Shown here piece by piece: positions 41,766 to 50,777 of a stretch of 64,000 bases of DNA (position 1 is the first letter of the stretch; each line of letters opens with the position of its first letter). Position numbers and translations under genes: made by a program. Under the pieces are notes generated by a model that had not been told where the DNA came from, ran no database searches, and saw nothing but the letters and a program-made list of their open reading frames with translations. Location of the stretch: NCBI GenBank assembly GCA_902527995.1, contig CABZRA010000002.1:1550-65549 (forward strand). The letters run 5' to 3'. This stretch comes from an uncultured SAR86 cluster bacterium. GTDB taxonomy: Bacteria; Pseudomonadota; Gammaproteobacteria; Magnimaribacterales; AG-339-G14.

Positions 41766-43439
41766 ATGAGTTTTTTAAAAAATAATAAAAAAAAAACAGG
41801 TGCTGAACTTCTAGTTAAATGCCTGGAACAAGAAGGAGTGGAGTACATTTTTGGGTTACCTGGAGAAGAAAATCTAGACTTCCTTCAATATCTAAGTAAG
41901 TCCAATAAAATAAAGCTCATTTTAACCAGACATGAACAGGGAGCCGGTTTTATGGCTGCTACTTATGGTAAGTTGACAGGTAAGCCTGGGGTATGTCTTT
42001 CAACTCTTGGTCCTGGAGCCACTAACTTAGTAACTTCGGCAGCTTACGCTCAACTTGGGGGTATGCCCATGGTAATGATAACAGGCCAAAAACCAATAAA
42101 TAGCTCAAAGCAAGGAAAATTTCAGTTATTAGATGTAATTGATCTCATGCAACCTATTACAAAATTCACTAATCAGATCTCTTCAGCGAATATGATTCCA
42201 TCAAGAGTAAGAGAAGCTTTTAGACTGGCTGTAGAGGAACGTCCAGGAGCGGTCCATTTGGAATTACCAGAAGATATTGCAGTGGATAAAACTCGAAGAA
42301 TCCCTTTGCCTAAAAGCATAACCAGAAGACCTATTGCAGACGAAAAAGTAATTATGCAAGCAATTGAACTTATAGAAAAAGCAAAAAAACCTGTCCTAGT
42401 TTTAGGGGGAGGCGCAAATAGAACACTAACAAATAAAATGCTTTTAGAATTTGTTGAAAAAACTAACGTTCCCTTTATCACCACTCAACTGGGTAAGGGT
42501 GTTTTAGATGAAAGACATGAAAACTTTCTTGGATGTGCAGCTTTATCTTCAGGTGATTTTGTTCATCGTGCAATTGAAGAATCAGACTTGATAATAACTG
42601 TCGGACACGATGAAATTGAAAAACCTCCTTTTATTATGACAGAACATGATCGGAGGAAAGTTATCCATATTAACCACAGCTCGGCCAGCATTGATGCAAT
42701 TTATTTTCCTCAATTAATGGTAGTCGGAGACATTGCAAACTCCATTTGGCAAATAAAAGAAAAGATAAAAGTTAACCCCGATTGGGATTTTTCTAAAATG
42801 CTTAAGTCTAGACAAGCTCATCTTGAGCATTCAAAAAAAATTAGAGATGACGACAGATTTCCTATCTTTCCTCCTTATTTAGTAAGGCAAATAAGAAATG
42901 TTATGCCTTCAGATGGAATAATTACTCTAGATAATGGTGTATATAAGCTCTGGTTTGCTAGAGGTTACCCCGCTCTTAATAGAAATACAGTTATTCTAGA
43001 TAACGCTCTTGCAACGATGGGCGCAGGATTACCATCTGCAATTACAGCATCAATGATATTTCCAGACAAGAAAGTTATATCTGTTTGTGGCGATGGAGGC
43101 TTTATGATGAATAGCCAAGAGCTAGAAACAGCAGTTAGGTTAGGTACAAATCTGACAGTAATTATTTTAAACGATAAAGCTTATGGAATGGTTAAGTGGA
43201 AGCAAGAAAATATGGAGTTTTCTGATTTTGGATTAAGTTTTGAAAATCCTGATTTTGTAAAATATGCAGAAGCTTATGGAGCAAAGGGTTATACAATAAC
43301 TAATGCAAAAGATTTGGCTCTTACAGTTGAAAACTGTATTAACTCAACCGGAGTTAATGTGATCGACTGTCCAATTGATTACAGCGAGAATGACAAGATT
43401 TTGAATAAAGACTTAAAAAAAATAAGTTCTTCTTTATAA
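41766..43439 (+). CDS. ThDP-dependent acetolactate-synthase-like enzyme, putative 2-oxoglutarate decarboxylase
   Basis: CLEQEGVEYIFGLPGEENL, RHEQGA, STLGPGATN, GDGGFMMNSQE..N; N-terminus resembles cyanobacterial OGDC; no small subunit adjacent. Family is secure, substrate is inferred. Confidence 0.7.
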   Translation: MSFLKNNKKKTGAELLVKCLEQEGVEYIFGLPGEENLDFLQYLSKSNKIKLILTRHEQGAGFMAATYGKLTGKPGVCLSTLGPGATNLVTSAAYAQLGGMPMVMITGQKPINSSKQGKFQLLDVIDLMQPITKFTNQISSANMIPSRVREAFRLAVEERPGAVHLELPEDIAVDKTRRIPLPKSITRRPIADEKVIMQAIELIEKAKKPVLVLGGGANRTLTNKMLLEFVEKTNVPFITTQLGKGVLDERHENFLGCAALSSGDFVHRAIEESDLIITVGHDEIEKPPFIMTEHDRRKVIHINHSSASIDAIYFPQLMVVGDIANSIWQIKEKIKVNPDWDFSKMLKSRQAHLEHSKKIRDDDRFPIFPPYLVRQIRNVMPSDGIITLDNGVYKLWFARGYPALNRNTVILDNALATMGAGLPSAITASMIFPDKKVISVCGDGGFMMNSQELETAVRLGTNLTVIILNDKAYGMVKWKQENMEFSDFGLSFENPDFVKYAEAYGAKGYTITNAKDLALTVENCINSTGVNVIDCPIDYSENDKILNKDLKKISSSL

Positions 43440-43557
43440 AAGTTGTCTTTTGCATTATTTTTTAAAATAATTTTAAAAACAGTTATTCTCAAAGGATTGT
43501 GATCTTTATCTAATATATAATTAAGTAAAAAGTTTATCGTAGATAGGGAGAAATATA

Positions 43558-44946
43558 ATGATTGAATCTGAGTCTAATAAATCCATTGATTTATCAATTA
43601 AAGAACTCGTAAAAAGTGCTCGTACAGCGCAAAAAAAATATGAACTTTTTAATCAAGATAAGGTAGATGCAATTGTTCGAGATATAGGTAAGTTTGTTTA
43701 CGATAATGCAGAACCACTCGCAAAAATGGCTGTCGATGAGACAGAAATGGGATCTTTTGAGGATAAAATCTTAAAAAATAAAAGCAAGGCGCGAGTTATT
43801 TGGAATAATTTAAAGGATAAGAAATCTCGTGGAGTTATTGGAGAAGATTCTGAAAGCAATCTAGTTTATGTCGCGAAACCGATGGGAGTAGTTGCTGCAG
43901 TTACTCCCGTGACAAATCCAATTGTAACGCCGATGTGTAATGGAATGTTCGCATTAAAGACAGGAAATGCCGTTATTTTTGCGGCTCATCCAAAGGCTCA
44001 AAAATGTGCTGAGTTTCTCACACAAGAGTTTATGAAAATTGTTAAATCTCATGATGGTCCGGATAATCTAATTCAAGTTGTCACTAAGGGATCTGTTGAA
44101 AAGACGCAAGAATTAATGCAAAGCGTAGATGTTGTAGTGGCTACCGGCGGAGGAGCAATGGTTAAATCTGCTTACTCATCAGGAAAACCCTCCTTTGGAG
44201 TTGGAGCAGGAAACGTCCCTGTAATAATAGATCGAAATATAGATTTAAAAGAAGCTGTTGAAAAAATTATTGATGGAGCATCTTTTGATCATGGAATTAT
44301 TTGCTCTCACGAACAGTTTGTATTTGCTCCGGAAGAAAACTTTGACAAGACAATTGAATTATTCACAAATTCTGGAAAAGTTTGGTTCACTGATGATCAA
44401 AGCCAAATAAAAAAATTACGCGATGTTGTTTTTCAGGATGGAAACTTAAACAAAGATGTTGTAGGAAAATCTGCAAGTGATGTAGGAAAATTAGCAGGAG
44501 TCGAAGTTCCAGACACATCTAGATTAATTCTTTTGCCCGCAGATGGATCTGGTACCCAAGATGTTCTTGCAAAAGAAAAACTTTGTCCAGTAATTGCAAT
44601 TGTTCCATACAAAACTTTTGAAGATGCTGTCAGTATGGCTAAATCAAATCTTCTTGTTGAGGGCGCAGGTCATTCAGCTGCTTTGCACTCCAATAATGAC
44701 CAAAATATAGAAAAAGCTGGATTAGAATTACCTATCAGTCGTCTTGTAGTTAATCAGCCAAGTTCTACTTCTGCAGGTGGGTCTTTAACAAATGGTTTTG
44801 CACCAACAACTACTTTGGGTTGTGGCTCCTGGGGTGGAAATTCTATTTCTGAAAATCTTGACTATAAACACCTTATGAACGTATCACGAATTGGTAAAAT
44901 AATTCCCGATAAAAAAGTGCCTACAGATGAAGAAATCTGGTCATAA
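43558..44946 (+). CDS. CoA-acylating aldehyde dehydrogenase, succinate-semialdehyde dehydrogenase (acylating)/succinyl-CoA reductase type
   Basis: TPVTNPIVTPMCN, ATGG, GIICSHEQ, EGAGH, LPISRLVVNQP, TTTLGCGSWG, C-terminal KVPTDEEIW, closely resembling my recollection of Clostridium kluyveri SucD; SD GGGAG. Confidence 0.82.
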   Translation: MIESESNKSIDLSIKELVKSARTAQKKYELFNQDKVDAIVRDIGKFVYDNAEPLAKMAVDETEMGSFEDKILKNKSKARVIWNNLKDKKSRGVIGEDSESNLVYVAKPMGVVAAVTPVTNPIVTPMCNGMFALKTGNAVIFAAHPKAQKCAEFLTQEFMKIVKSHDGPDNLIQVVTKGSVEKTQELMQSVDVVVATGGGAMVKSAYSSGKPSFGVGAGNVPVIIDRNIDLKEAVEKIIDGASFDHGIICSHEQFVFAPEENFDKTIELFTNSGKVWFTDDQSQIKKLRDVVFQDGNLNKDVVGKSASDVGKLAGVEVPDTSRLILLPADGSGTQDVLAKEKLCPVIAIVPYKTFEDAVSMAKSNLLVEGAGHSAALHSNNDQNIEKAGLELPISRLVVNQPSSTSAGGSLTNGFAPTTTLGCGSWGGNSISENLDYKHLMNVSRIGKIIPDKKVPTDEEIWS

Positions 44947-45147
44947 ATTTAATTTACTTTGCATAATCAATTTTATATTTGCTTAATTTTCTGGACGAAG
45001 CTCTTGGAAAAAAAGTCTTTAGACATTCTTAACTAAAATTTAAAACCCTGTAAGGATATAAGCTTTAATTTTTCTGTCGTTACACTTGATCAAATAACAT
45101 ATTCTCAATATGTAATATGATAAAATTTTTGATGTAGTTACTTATTC

Positions 45148-46581
45148 ATGAAAAACAAATTAAGAGATAAATATCCTCTCTATTTAGCTAATGAACCTTT
45201 ACAACCTAATGCTAATTTAAAAGTAGAAGATAAATATACGGGCGAGGCAGTCACATCTGTAGCTTTGGCTGACGCAGAAATAATCGAAAGAGCAATTGTA
45301 GCAGCAGATGATTGCTTTGAAAAAATGGTCAATATGGCTTCTTACGAAAGGCAAGAAGTTCTTTTACACTGCGTTCAAAGATTTAGAGAAGATTTCGATG
45401 AATTCGCATATGCTTTATGTGTAGAAGCGGGAAAGCCTATAAGAGATTCTAGGGGAGAAGTAAGTCGACTCATAGATACTTTTAAAATTGCTGCTGAAGA
45501 ATCAACAAGAATCTATGGAGAGATTCAGCCTCTCGATATAAGTGAAAGAGCAAAAGGATACAGAGGAATGTGGAAAAGAGTTCCTATTGGCCCTTGCTCG
45601 TTTATTTCACCTTTTAATTTTCCATTAAATCTTGCAGCACATAAAATTGCTCCTGCCATTGCCGCGGGATGCCCCTTTGTAATGAAACCAGCTTCCAAGA
45701 CGCCTTTAGGAGCGATACTCATTGGAGGGATTTTGGCAGAAACAAATTTGCCTAAAGGAGCATTTTCTATTTTACCAGCTTCGAGGGATGGTTCTGATCT
45801 TTTCACAACAGATGAAAGATTTAAGCTTTTATCGTTTACTGGTTCTCCAGAAGTAGGTTGGGATTTAAAAGCAAGGTCTGGAAAGAAAAAAGTTGTTCTC
45901 GAATTAGGAGGAAATGCTGCAGTAATTATTGATAAAGATTCAGATATTGATTCAGTTGTTGACAGAGTAATTTTTGGTGCATTTTACCAGTCAGGTCAGT
46001 CTTGTATCAGCGTACAAAGAGTAATTGTGCATGAAAAAATTTACGACAAATTTAAAAAAAACTTTGTTGAAAAAACTAAAAAACTTATATCTGGAGATCC
46101 CAAATTAGAGACGACTTTCATTGGCCCTATGATTTCTCTTTCGGAAGCGGAAAGGTTAGACGAATGGATAAAAGACTCACTTCTCAAGGGCGCTAAAGTT
46201 TTATGTGGCGGGAATCGAAAAGATTCAATGATCGAAGCAACAATTTTAGAAAATGTAGATAGAACCTCAGAAGTTTATGCTGAAGAAGCTTTTGGACCTA
46301 TAGCAATTTTGTCAAAATTCTCAAATTTTAATTCCGCTTTAGACGAAGTAAATGATTCTAAATTCGGTCTTCAAGCTGGAATTTTTACAAAAAATATTGA
46401 TAAAGCATTCTTAGCTTGGGATAAATTAGAAGTTGGCGGAATTATTATTGGAGATGTGCCTAGCTATAGGGTCGATAATATGCCTTATGGTGGAGTTAAA
46501 GATTCTGGTATTGGTAGAGAAGGGATTAAATTTGCTATAGAAGATATGACTGAAATAAGAAACCTCGTTATCAAGACCTAA
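45148..46581 (+). CDS. ALDH21-type aldehyde dehydrogenase, putative NADP+ succinate-semialdehyde dehydrogenase
   Basis: SFISPFNFPLNL, KPAS, LELGG, FYQSGQSC (Cys286), PSYRVD, PYGGVKDSG. Confidence 0.78.
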   Translation: MKNKLRDKYPLYLANEPLQPNANLKVEDKYTGEAVTSVALADAEIIERAIVAADDCFEKMVNMASYERQEVLLHCVQRFREDFDEFAYALCVEAGKPIRDSRGEVSRLIDTFKIAAEESTRIYGEIQPLDISERAKGYRGMWKRVPIGPCSFISPFNFPLNLAAHKIAPAIAAGCPFVMKPASKTPLGAILIGGILAETNLPKGAFSILPASRDGSDLFTTDERFKLLSFTGSPEVGWDLKARSGKKKVVLELGGNAAVIIDKDSDIDSVVDRVIFGAFYQSGQSCISVQRVIVHEKIYDKFKKNFVEKTKKLISGDPKLETTFIGPMISLSEAERLDEWIKDSLLKGAKVLCGGNRKDSMIEATILENVDRTSEVYAEEAFGPIAILSKFSNFNSALDEVNDSKFGLQAGIFTKNIDKAFLAWDKLEVGGIIIGDVPSYRVDNMPYGGVKDSGIGREGIKFAIEDMTEIRNLVIKT

Positions 46582-46703
46582 TTTTTATTTTACAAAGAGT
46601 TAAATATTTTTCATTATTATTTTGAATTATTTTTTAAGTTGAAGTAATTACTAAGAACTTTTGATTATAATAAGCATATTCTTTATTAAATTTTATTTGT
46701 ATG

Positions 46704-46736
46704 TACCTTTTTCTAAAGGTAAATTGTGGTACAATT
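46704..46736 (+). promoter_or_regulatory. isc promoter with two adjacent inverted repeats
   Basis: TACCTTT-N4-AAAGGTA (46704-21) and AATTGT-N3-ACAATT (46722-36); the second overlaps the extended -10 TGGTACAAT, which ends 6 nt before the ATG. Confidence 0.6.
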
Positions 46737-46741
46737 CTTGA

Positions 46742-48166
46742 ATGGATAAAAAGTACCTTTTTAAAAGAAATAATGTCTGGTGGGTTAAACTCGCTGTACC
46801 TTTTCACCTCCGAGACAAGCTAGGTTTCGATCTAAGGAAATCAACAGGTGAAAAAGACTTAGAAAAAGCTCTTTTAATAAGAGACGGAATTATTTCTGAG
46901 CTTAAATCTAAGTTTCTACCTTATTCTAAAGAAACTCAGCCTAATGAAGCTTCTTTTAATGAAAAGACTACTTACTTTGATTATGCTTCAACAACACCCG
47001 TTGATGAAAGAGTAATCGAAAAAATGAAAGATTGTTTGTCTTTTGAAGGAGCCTTTGGAAACTCAGGTTCAAGATCGCATGTTTACGGTTGGAAGGCTGA
47101 AGAATTAGTCGAAGAGGCGCGTGTGAATGTTTCTGAACTTCTAAATTGTGATCCAAGAGAGATCATTTGGACTTCAGGAGCTACTGAATCAGATAATCTT
47201 GCCATTAAAGGAGCAGCTAACTTTTATCAATCAAAGGGGAAACATATAATTACGTCAAAAATTGAACATAAAGCTGTTTTAGATGTATGCAGACAGCTAG
47301 AGAAAGAAAATTTTGAAATCACTTATCTAGATCCAGACGAAAACGGCGTCATTCCTCCTGATGCTGTCAAAAAAGCTATCAGAGAAGACACTGTTCTGGT
47401 TTCTTTGATGCATATAAATAACGAGATCGGTGTTATCAACGATATAGAAGAAATAGGCAACATAACAAGAGAAAATAACGTTATATTTCATGTCGATGCA
47501 GCTCAAAGCGCTGGAAAAATTCCCATTGATCTAAGCTTACTTAATGTGGATTTAATGTCTTTTTCAGCACATAAAATTTATGGCCCTAAGGGAATTGGCG
47601 CTTTATACATTAGAAGAAAACCTAGAATTAGACTCCAGCCTCTTTTTCATGGAGGCGGCCAAGAAAGAGGTATCAGAGCTGGTACTCTACCAACACACCA
47701 AATTGTGGGAATGGGAGAGGCTTTTAGGATTGCCAATGAACAAATGGAAATTGATCATCAAAGGCTTCTTAATTTCAGATCTACCCTTTGGAACGGATTA
47801 AAAGATATGGAAGAAATTTACGTTAATGGAGCAATAAGCAATAGTTTTCCAGGAATATTTAATTTGTCTTTTAATTTCGTCGAAGGAGAGTCTCTAATTA
47901 TGGCTTTAAAAAATATTGCAGTTTCGTCTGGATCCGCTTGCACTTCTGCAAGTTTGGAGCCTTCTTATGTTTTAAGAGCTCTCGGGAGACCAGATGAATT
48001 AGCTCACAGCTCTATTAGATTTTCTTTTGGAAGATTCACCAAAAAAGAAGAGGTAGAGAATACAGTAAATTTAGTCAAAAACTCTGTTTCTCAATTAAGG
48101 GAAATCTCACCTTTATGGGAGATGTATCAAGATGGAATTGATTTAGATAAAATAGAGTGGGCTTAG
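46742..48166 (+). CDS. iscS: Cysteine desulfurase IscS with N-terminal DUF6538-like DNA-binding extension
   Basis: [42 protein letters not shown]; about 75 extra N-terminal residues. Confidence 0.95.
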   Translation: MDKKYLFKRNNVWWVKLAVPFHLRDKLGFDLRKSTGEKDLEKALLIRDGIISELKSKFLPYSKETQPNEASFNEKTTYFDYASTTPVDERVIEKMKDCLSFEGAFGNSGSRSHVYGWKAEELVEEARVNVSELLNCDPREIIWTSGATESDNLAIKGAANFYQSKGKHIITSKIEHKAVLDVCRQLEKENFEITYLDPDENGVIPPDAVKKAIREDTVLVSLMHINNEIGVINDIEEIGNITRENNVIFHVDAAQSAGKIPIDLSLLNVDLMSFSAHKIYGPKGIGALYIRRKPRIRLQPLFHGGGQERGIRAGTLPTHQIVGMGEAFRIANEQMEIDHQRLLNFRSTLWNGLKDMEEIYVNGAISNSFPGIFNLSFNFVEGESLIMALKNIAVSSGSACTSASLEPSYVLRALGRPDELAHSSIRFSFGRFTKKEEVENTVNLVKNSVSQLREISPLWEMYQDGIDLDKIEWA

Positions 48167-48191
48167 ATAGGTTTTTTAAATAGAGGTAATT

Positions 48192-48614
48192 ATGGCGTAT
48201 TCTCAAAAAGTAGTTGAAAAGTTTGAGCAAACTTTAAATAATCCAAAAAAAGCAAGTGTGGGTCGTTGGAAACCAGGGGATAAAGATTTTCACCGTGTAG
48301 GCACTGGTATTGTAGGCGCTCCTGCTTGTGGTGACGTAATGAAATTACAGGTTAAGTGTGAAAATATAGATGGAAAAAACGTGATTGTAGATGCAAAATT
48401 TAAAACTTATGGTTGTGGCTCTGCCATAGCTTCCAGCGGTCAATTAATAGATATGCTAATAGGCAAAACCATTGAAGAAGCGCAAAAAATTTCAAATCAA
48501 GAAATAGTAGATATATTAGAGCTACCGGCTATTAAAATACATTGCAGTGTTCTTGCAGAAGAGGCAATACACAGAGCTATAGATGATTTTAAAAGTCGAA
48601 GAAATAATGATTAA
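48192..48614 (+). CDS. iscU: Fe-S scaffold IscU
   Basis: MAYSQKV, GAPACGDVM, GCGSAIASS, KIHCSVLAE; SD GAGG. Confidence 0.95.
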   Translation: MAYSQKVVEKFEQTLNNPKKASVGRWKPGDKDFHRVGTGIVGAPACGDVMKLQVKCENIDGKNVIVDAKFKTYGCGSAIASSGQLIDMLIGKTIEEAQKISNQEIVDILELPAIKIHCSVLAEEAIHRAIDDFKSRRNND

Positions 48615-49342
48615 TGCCCAAAATAAAGATTTTACCTCATGAAGAACTTTGCCCTAATGGTGCTGAGATTGAAGCAACCGTGGGCAAATCAGTATGTGAA
48701 AATCTACTCGATAACGAAATAGATTTAGAACACGCCTGTGAGCTTTCTTGTGCTTGCACTACTTGCCACGTTATTTTCAAAGAAGGTTTTGACTCTTTGA
48801 ACGAATCGACCGATGACGAAGAGGATTTACTTGATAAAGCATGGGGACTTGAACCCAAATCAAGACTTAGTTGCCAAACTATAGTTGATGAAAACGATCT
48901 AACTATTGAAATTCCAAAATATACAATTAATATGGTTTCTGAAATTCATCCAAAAAAAGAGAGCAAAGCGACACAAATGGAAAAAAAACTTAGTAAGAAA
49001 GATTTCAGTTTATCTAACAGTGCTGTTAATCATATATCCAACCTTTTAGAAAAAAATAAGTCTTCTGGTGTTAGGGTAAGTGTAAAGTCATCTGGATGCT
49101 CTGGATATGCATACGATCTTTCCTTTGTTCAAAAAGCTGAACAAGACGACTATAAAGCAAGCGTTGAAGATATAAACCTATATATTAGCGAAGAAAGCCT
49201 TATATTTTTAAAAGGAACTGAAATTGATTATGTAACTAAAGGTCTAAATTCAGAGTTGATATTTAACAATCCAAACATTTCTGCTAAATGTGGTTGTGGA
49301 GAGAGCTTTAGTATTGATCAAAATTTATTTCAAAAAGCATAA
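48614..49342 (+). CDS. fdx: ISC [2Fe-2S] ferredoxin fused to A-type carrier IscA
   Basis: N-terminal HACELSCACTTCH...SRLSCQ; C-terminal SGCSG...NPN..CGCGESF. Confidence 0.9.
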   Translation: MPKIKILPHEELCPNGAEIEATVGKSVCENLLDNEIDLEHACELSCACTTCHVIFKEGFDSLNESTDDEEDLLDKAWGLEPKSRLSCQTIVDENDLTIEIPKYTINMVSEIHPKKESKATQMEKKLSKKDFSLSNSAVNHISNLLEKNKSSGVRVSVKSSGCSGYAYDLSFVQKAEQDDYKASVEDINLYISEESLIFLKGTEIDYVTKGLNSELIFNNPNISAKCGCGESFSIDQNLFQKA

Positions 49343-49359
49343 ATTTATTTAATCTCTTA

Positions 49360-49554
49360 ATGAAATGGATTGATACATACGAAATAGTAGATTTACTTAT
49401 CGACAAACATCCTGAAGTTGATCCAAATAAAGTTTTATTCACAGATTTGAGAAACTTAATCACCAATTTAGAAGAATTTGATGATGATTTAGACAGATGT
49501 AATGAACGAATCTTGGAGGCTGTTCAAGCTTTATGGATTGAAGAAAAAGATTAA
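49360..49554 (+). CDS. iscX: Fe-S assembly protein IscX
   Basis: MKWID, FTDL, NERILEAVQ..W. Confidence 0.93.
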   Translation: MKWIDTYEIVDLLIDKHPEVDPNKVLFTDLRNLITNLEEFDDDLDRCNERILEAVQALWIEEKD

Positions 49555-49557
49555 GAT

Positions 49558-49965
49558 ATGGAACAAACATTATGCATTATTAAGCCCGATGCTGTTAAAA
49601 ATTCCTTTGTTAACAAAATTAATAGTATTATTGAAGACAATAAATTAATAATTTTAAAGTCAAAAAAAATAAAAATTTCTAAAGAAATTGCAGAAAATTT
49701 TTATTTTGAGCACAAAGAGAAACCTTTTTTTTCTGAATTAGTAGATTTTATGACTTCAGACTATTCAGTCGTTCAAATTCTTCAAGGAGAAAATGCTGTT
49801 GCAAATTATAGGAAATTAATGGGAGCAACTAATCCAGATGAGGCTACCGAAGGTACTTTACGAGAAAAGTTTGCCGAGTCTTTGTCTAAAAACGCTGTTC
49901 ATGGCTCGGATTCTCTTGAGTCGGCTCAAAGAGAAATTGATATAATGTCGAAAATATTCGATTAA
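49558..49965 (+). CDS. ndk: Nucleoside diphosphate kinase
   Basis: IIKPDAV, GATNP, NAVHGSDS. Confidence 0.96.
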   Translation: MEQTLCIIKPDAVKNSFVNKINSIIEDNKLIILKSKKIKISKEIAENFYFEHKEKPFFSELVDFMTSDYSVVQILQGENAVANYRKLMGATNPDEATEGTLREKFAESLSKNAVHGSDSLESAQREIDIMSKIFD

Positions 49966-49967
49966 TT

Positions 49968-50777
49968 ATGAAAACCAACTGGGTCTCTAACTTAAAAGAA
50001 GTTAGAAATTCAAAAAATCTATCTCTAGAGTTATGTTCGAAGGAAACAAATATTCCTGTCGACTTTCTAAGAAATTTAGAATCAGGCAAATTTAAAAAAT
50101 TACCTCCTGCAGTATTTACAAAATTTCATATAAAAAAATTTTTTGAATTTTTGGATCTTGACCCTTCCTCGTGCCTATCTGATTATGAAGAATTCATTTC
50201 TAAGCAGGAAAAAAAGAGTAGAAAAAAAGATTTAAAAGTAAAAGAAATACAAGCAGATAAAAATAGAAGTATTTATAAAATCTACACAGGAATTACCATA
50301 TTAGTCATTTCTGCTCTTGTGTCATTATATCTTTTAAATAGTAATTCAGAAAAACTTGAACAACCTTTGACAAAAGAAACTTCTGAGTCTTTCGAAGAAG
50401 ATGATTTTTTAAGTGAAACTGATTTAAATTTATTTGAAGAGATTGATAATGAAACTTCTGACTTTTCAGAAGAAATTGGTTTGCAAAAGAATATAACTCC
50501 GATTGATATTCCTTTAAGGATTAATCTGGAAATTCAAGGAGAAAGTTGGATTGTTTTAGAAGACAAAAATGAAAGAATGCTTTACGAACTCATGCAAACA
50601 GGATCTTATGAACTAAGAGGAAGCCCACCATTTTCGTTTAAAGTTGGGTATGCTCCAGCAGTGAAAATTTTTATAGAAGGAAACAAGATAAACTTTAATA
50701 ATTTTATAAATAAAAGCTCAAACTATGCAGCTTTCTATACAATAAACGGTAAAGATGTCGAAAAAATCAGAAATTAA
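49968..50777 (+). CDS. rodZ: RodZ-like cytoskeletal protein
   Basis: N-terminal HTH, TM helix, C-terminal SWI..D..G.PPF..G domain; upstream of ispG. Confidence 0.8.
   Translation: MKTNWVSNLKEVRNSKNLSLELCSKETNIPVDFLRNLESGKFKKLPPAVFTKFHIKKFFEFLDLDPSSCLSDYEEFISKQEKKSRKKDLKVKEIQADKNRSIYKIYTGITILVISALVSLYLLNSNSEKLEQPLTKETSESFEEDDFLSETDLNLFEEIDNETSDFSEEIGLQKNITPIDIPLRINLEIQGESWIVLEDKNERMLYELMQTGSYELRGSPPFSFKVGYAPAVKIFIEGNKINFNNFINKSSNYAAFYTINGKDVEKIRN

Noticed and set aside
41766..43439. Biosynthetic AHAS (ilvI/ilvB) or sulfoacetaldehyde acetyltransferase Xsc
   Set aside because: No ilvH/ilvC adjacent; has GLPGEEN rather than the AHAS GYPGG or Xsc GIMGS type motif; no taurine or pta genes nearby. 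Not fully excluded without assay
43455..43482. Imperfect A/T-only palindrome upstream of the acylating ALDH
   Set aside because: Expected by chance at this AT content
43558..44946. AdhE or a microcompartment (EutE/PduP) aldehyde dehydrogenase
   Set aside because: No alcohol dehydrogenase domain, no shell genes, and the C-terminus matches the SucD type
46582..46980. Prophage or integrative element at iscS
   Set aside because: Only an arm-like domain is present; no catalytic integrase domain, att duplication or phage genes
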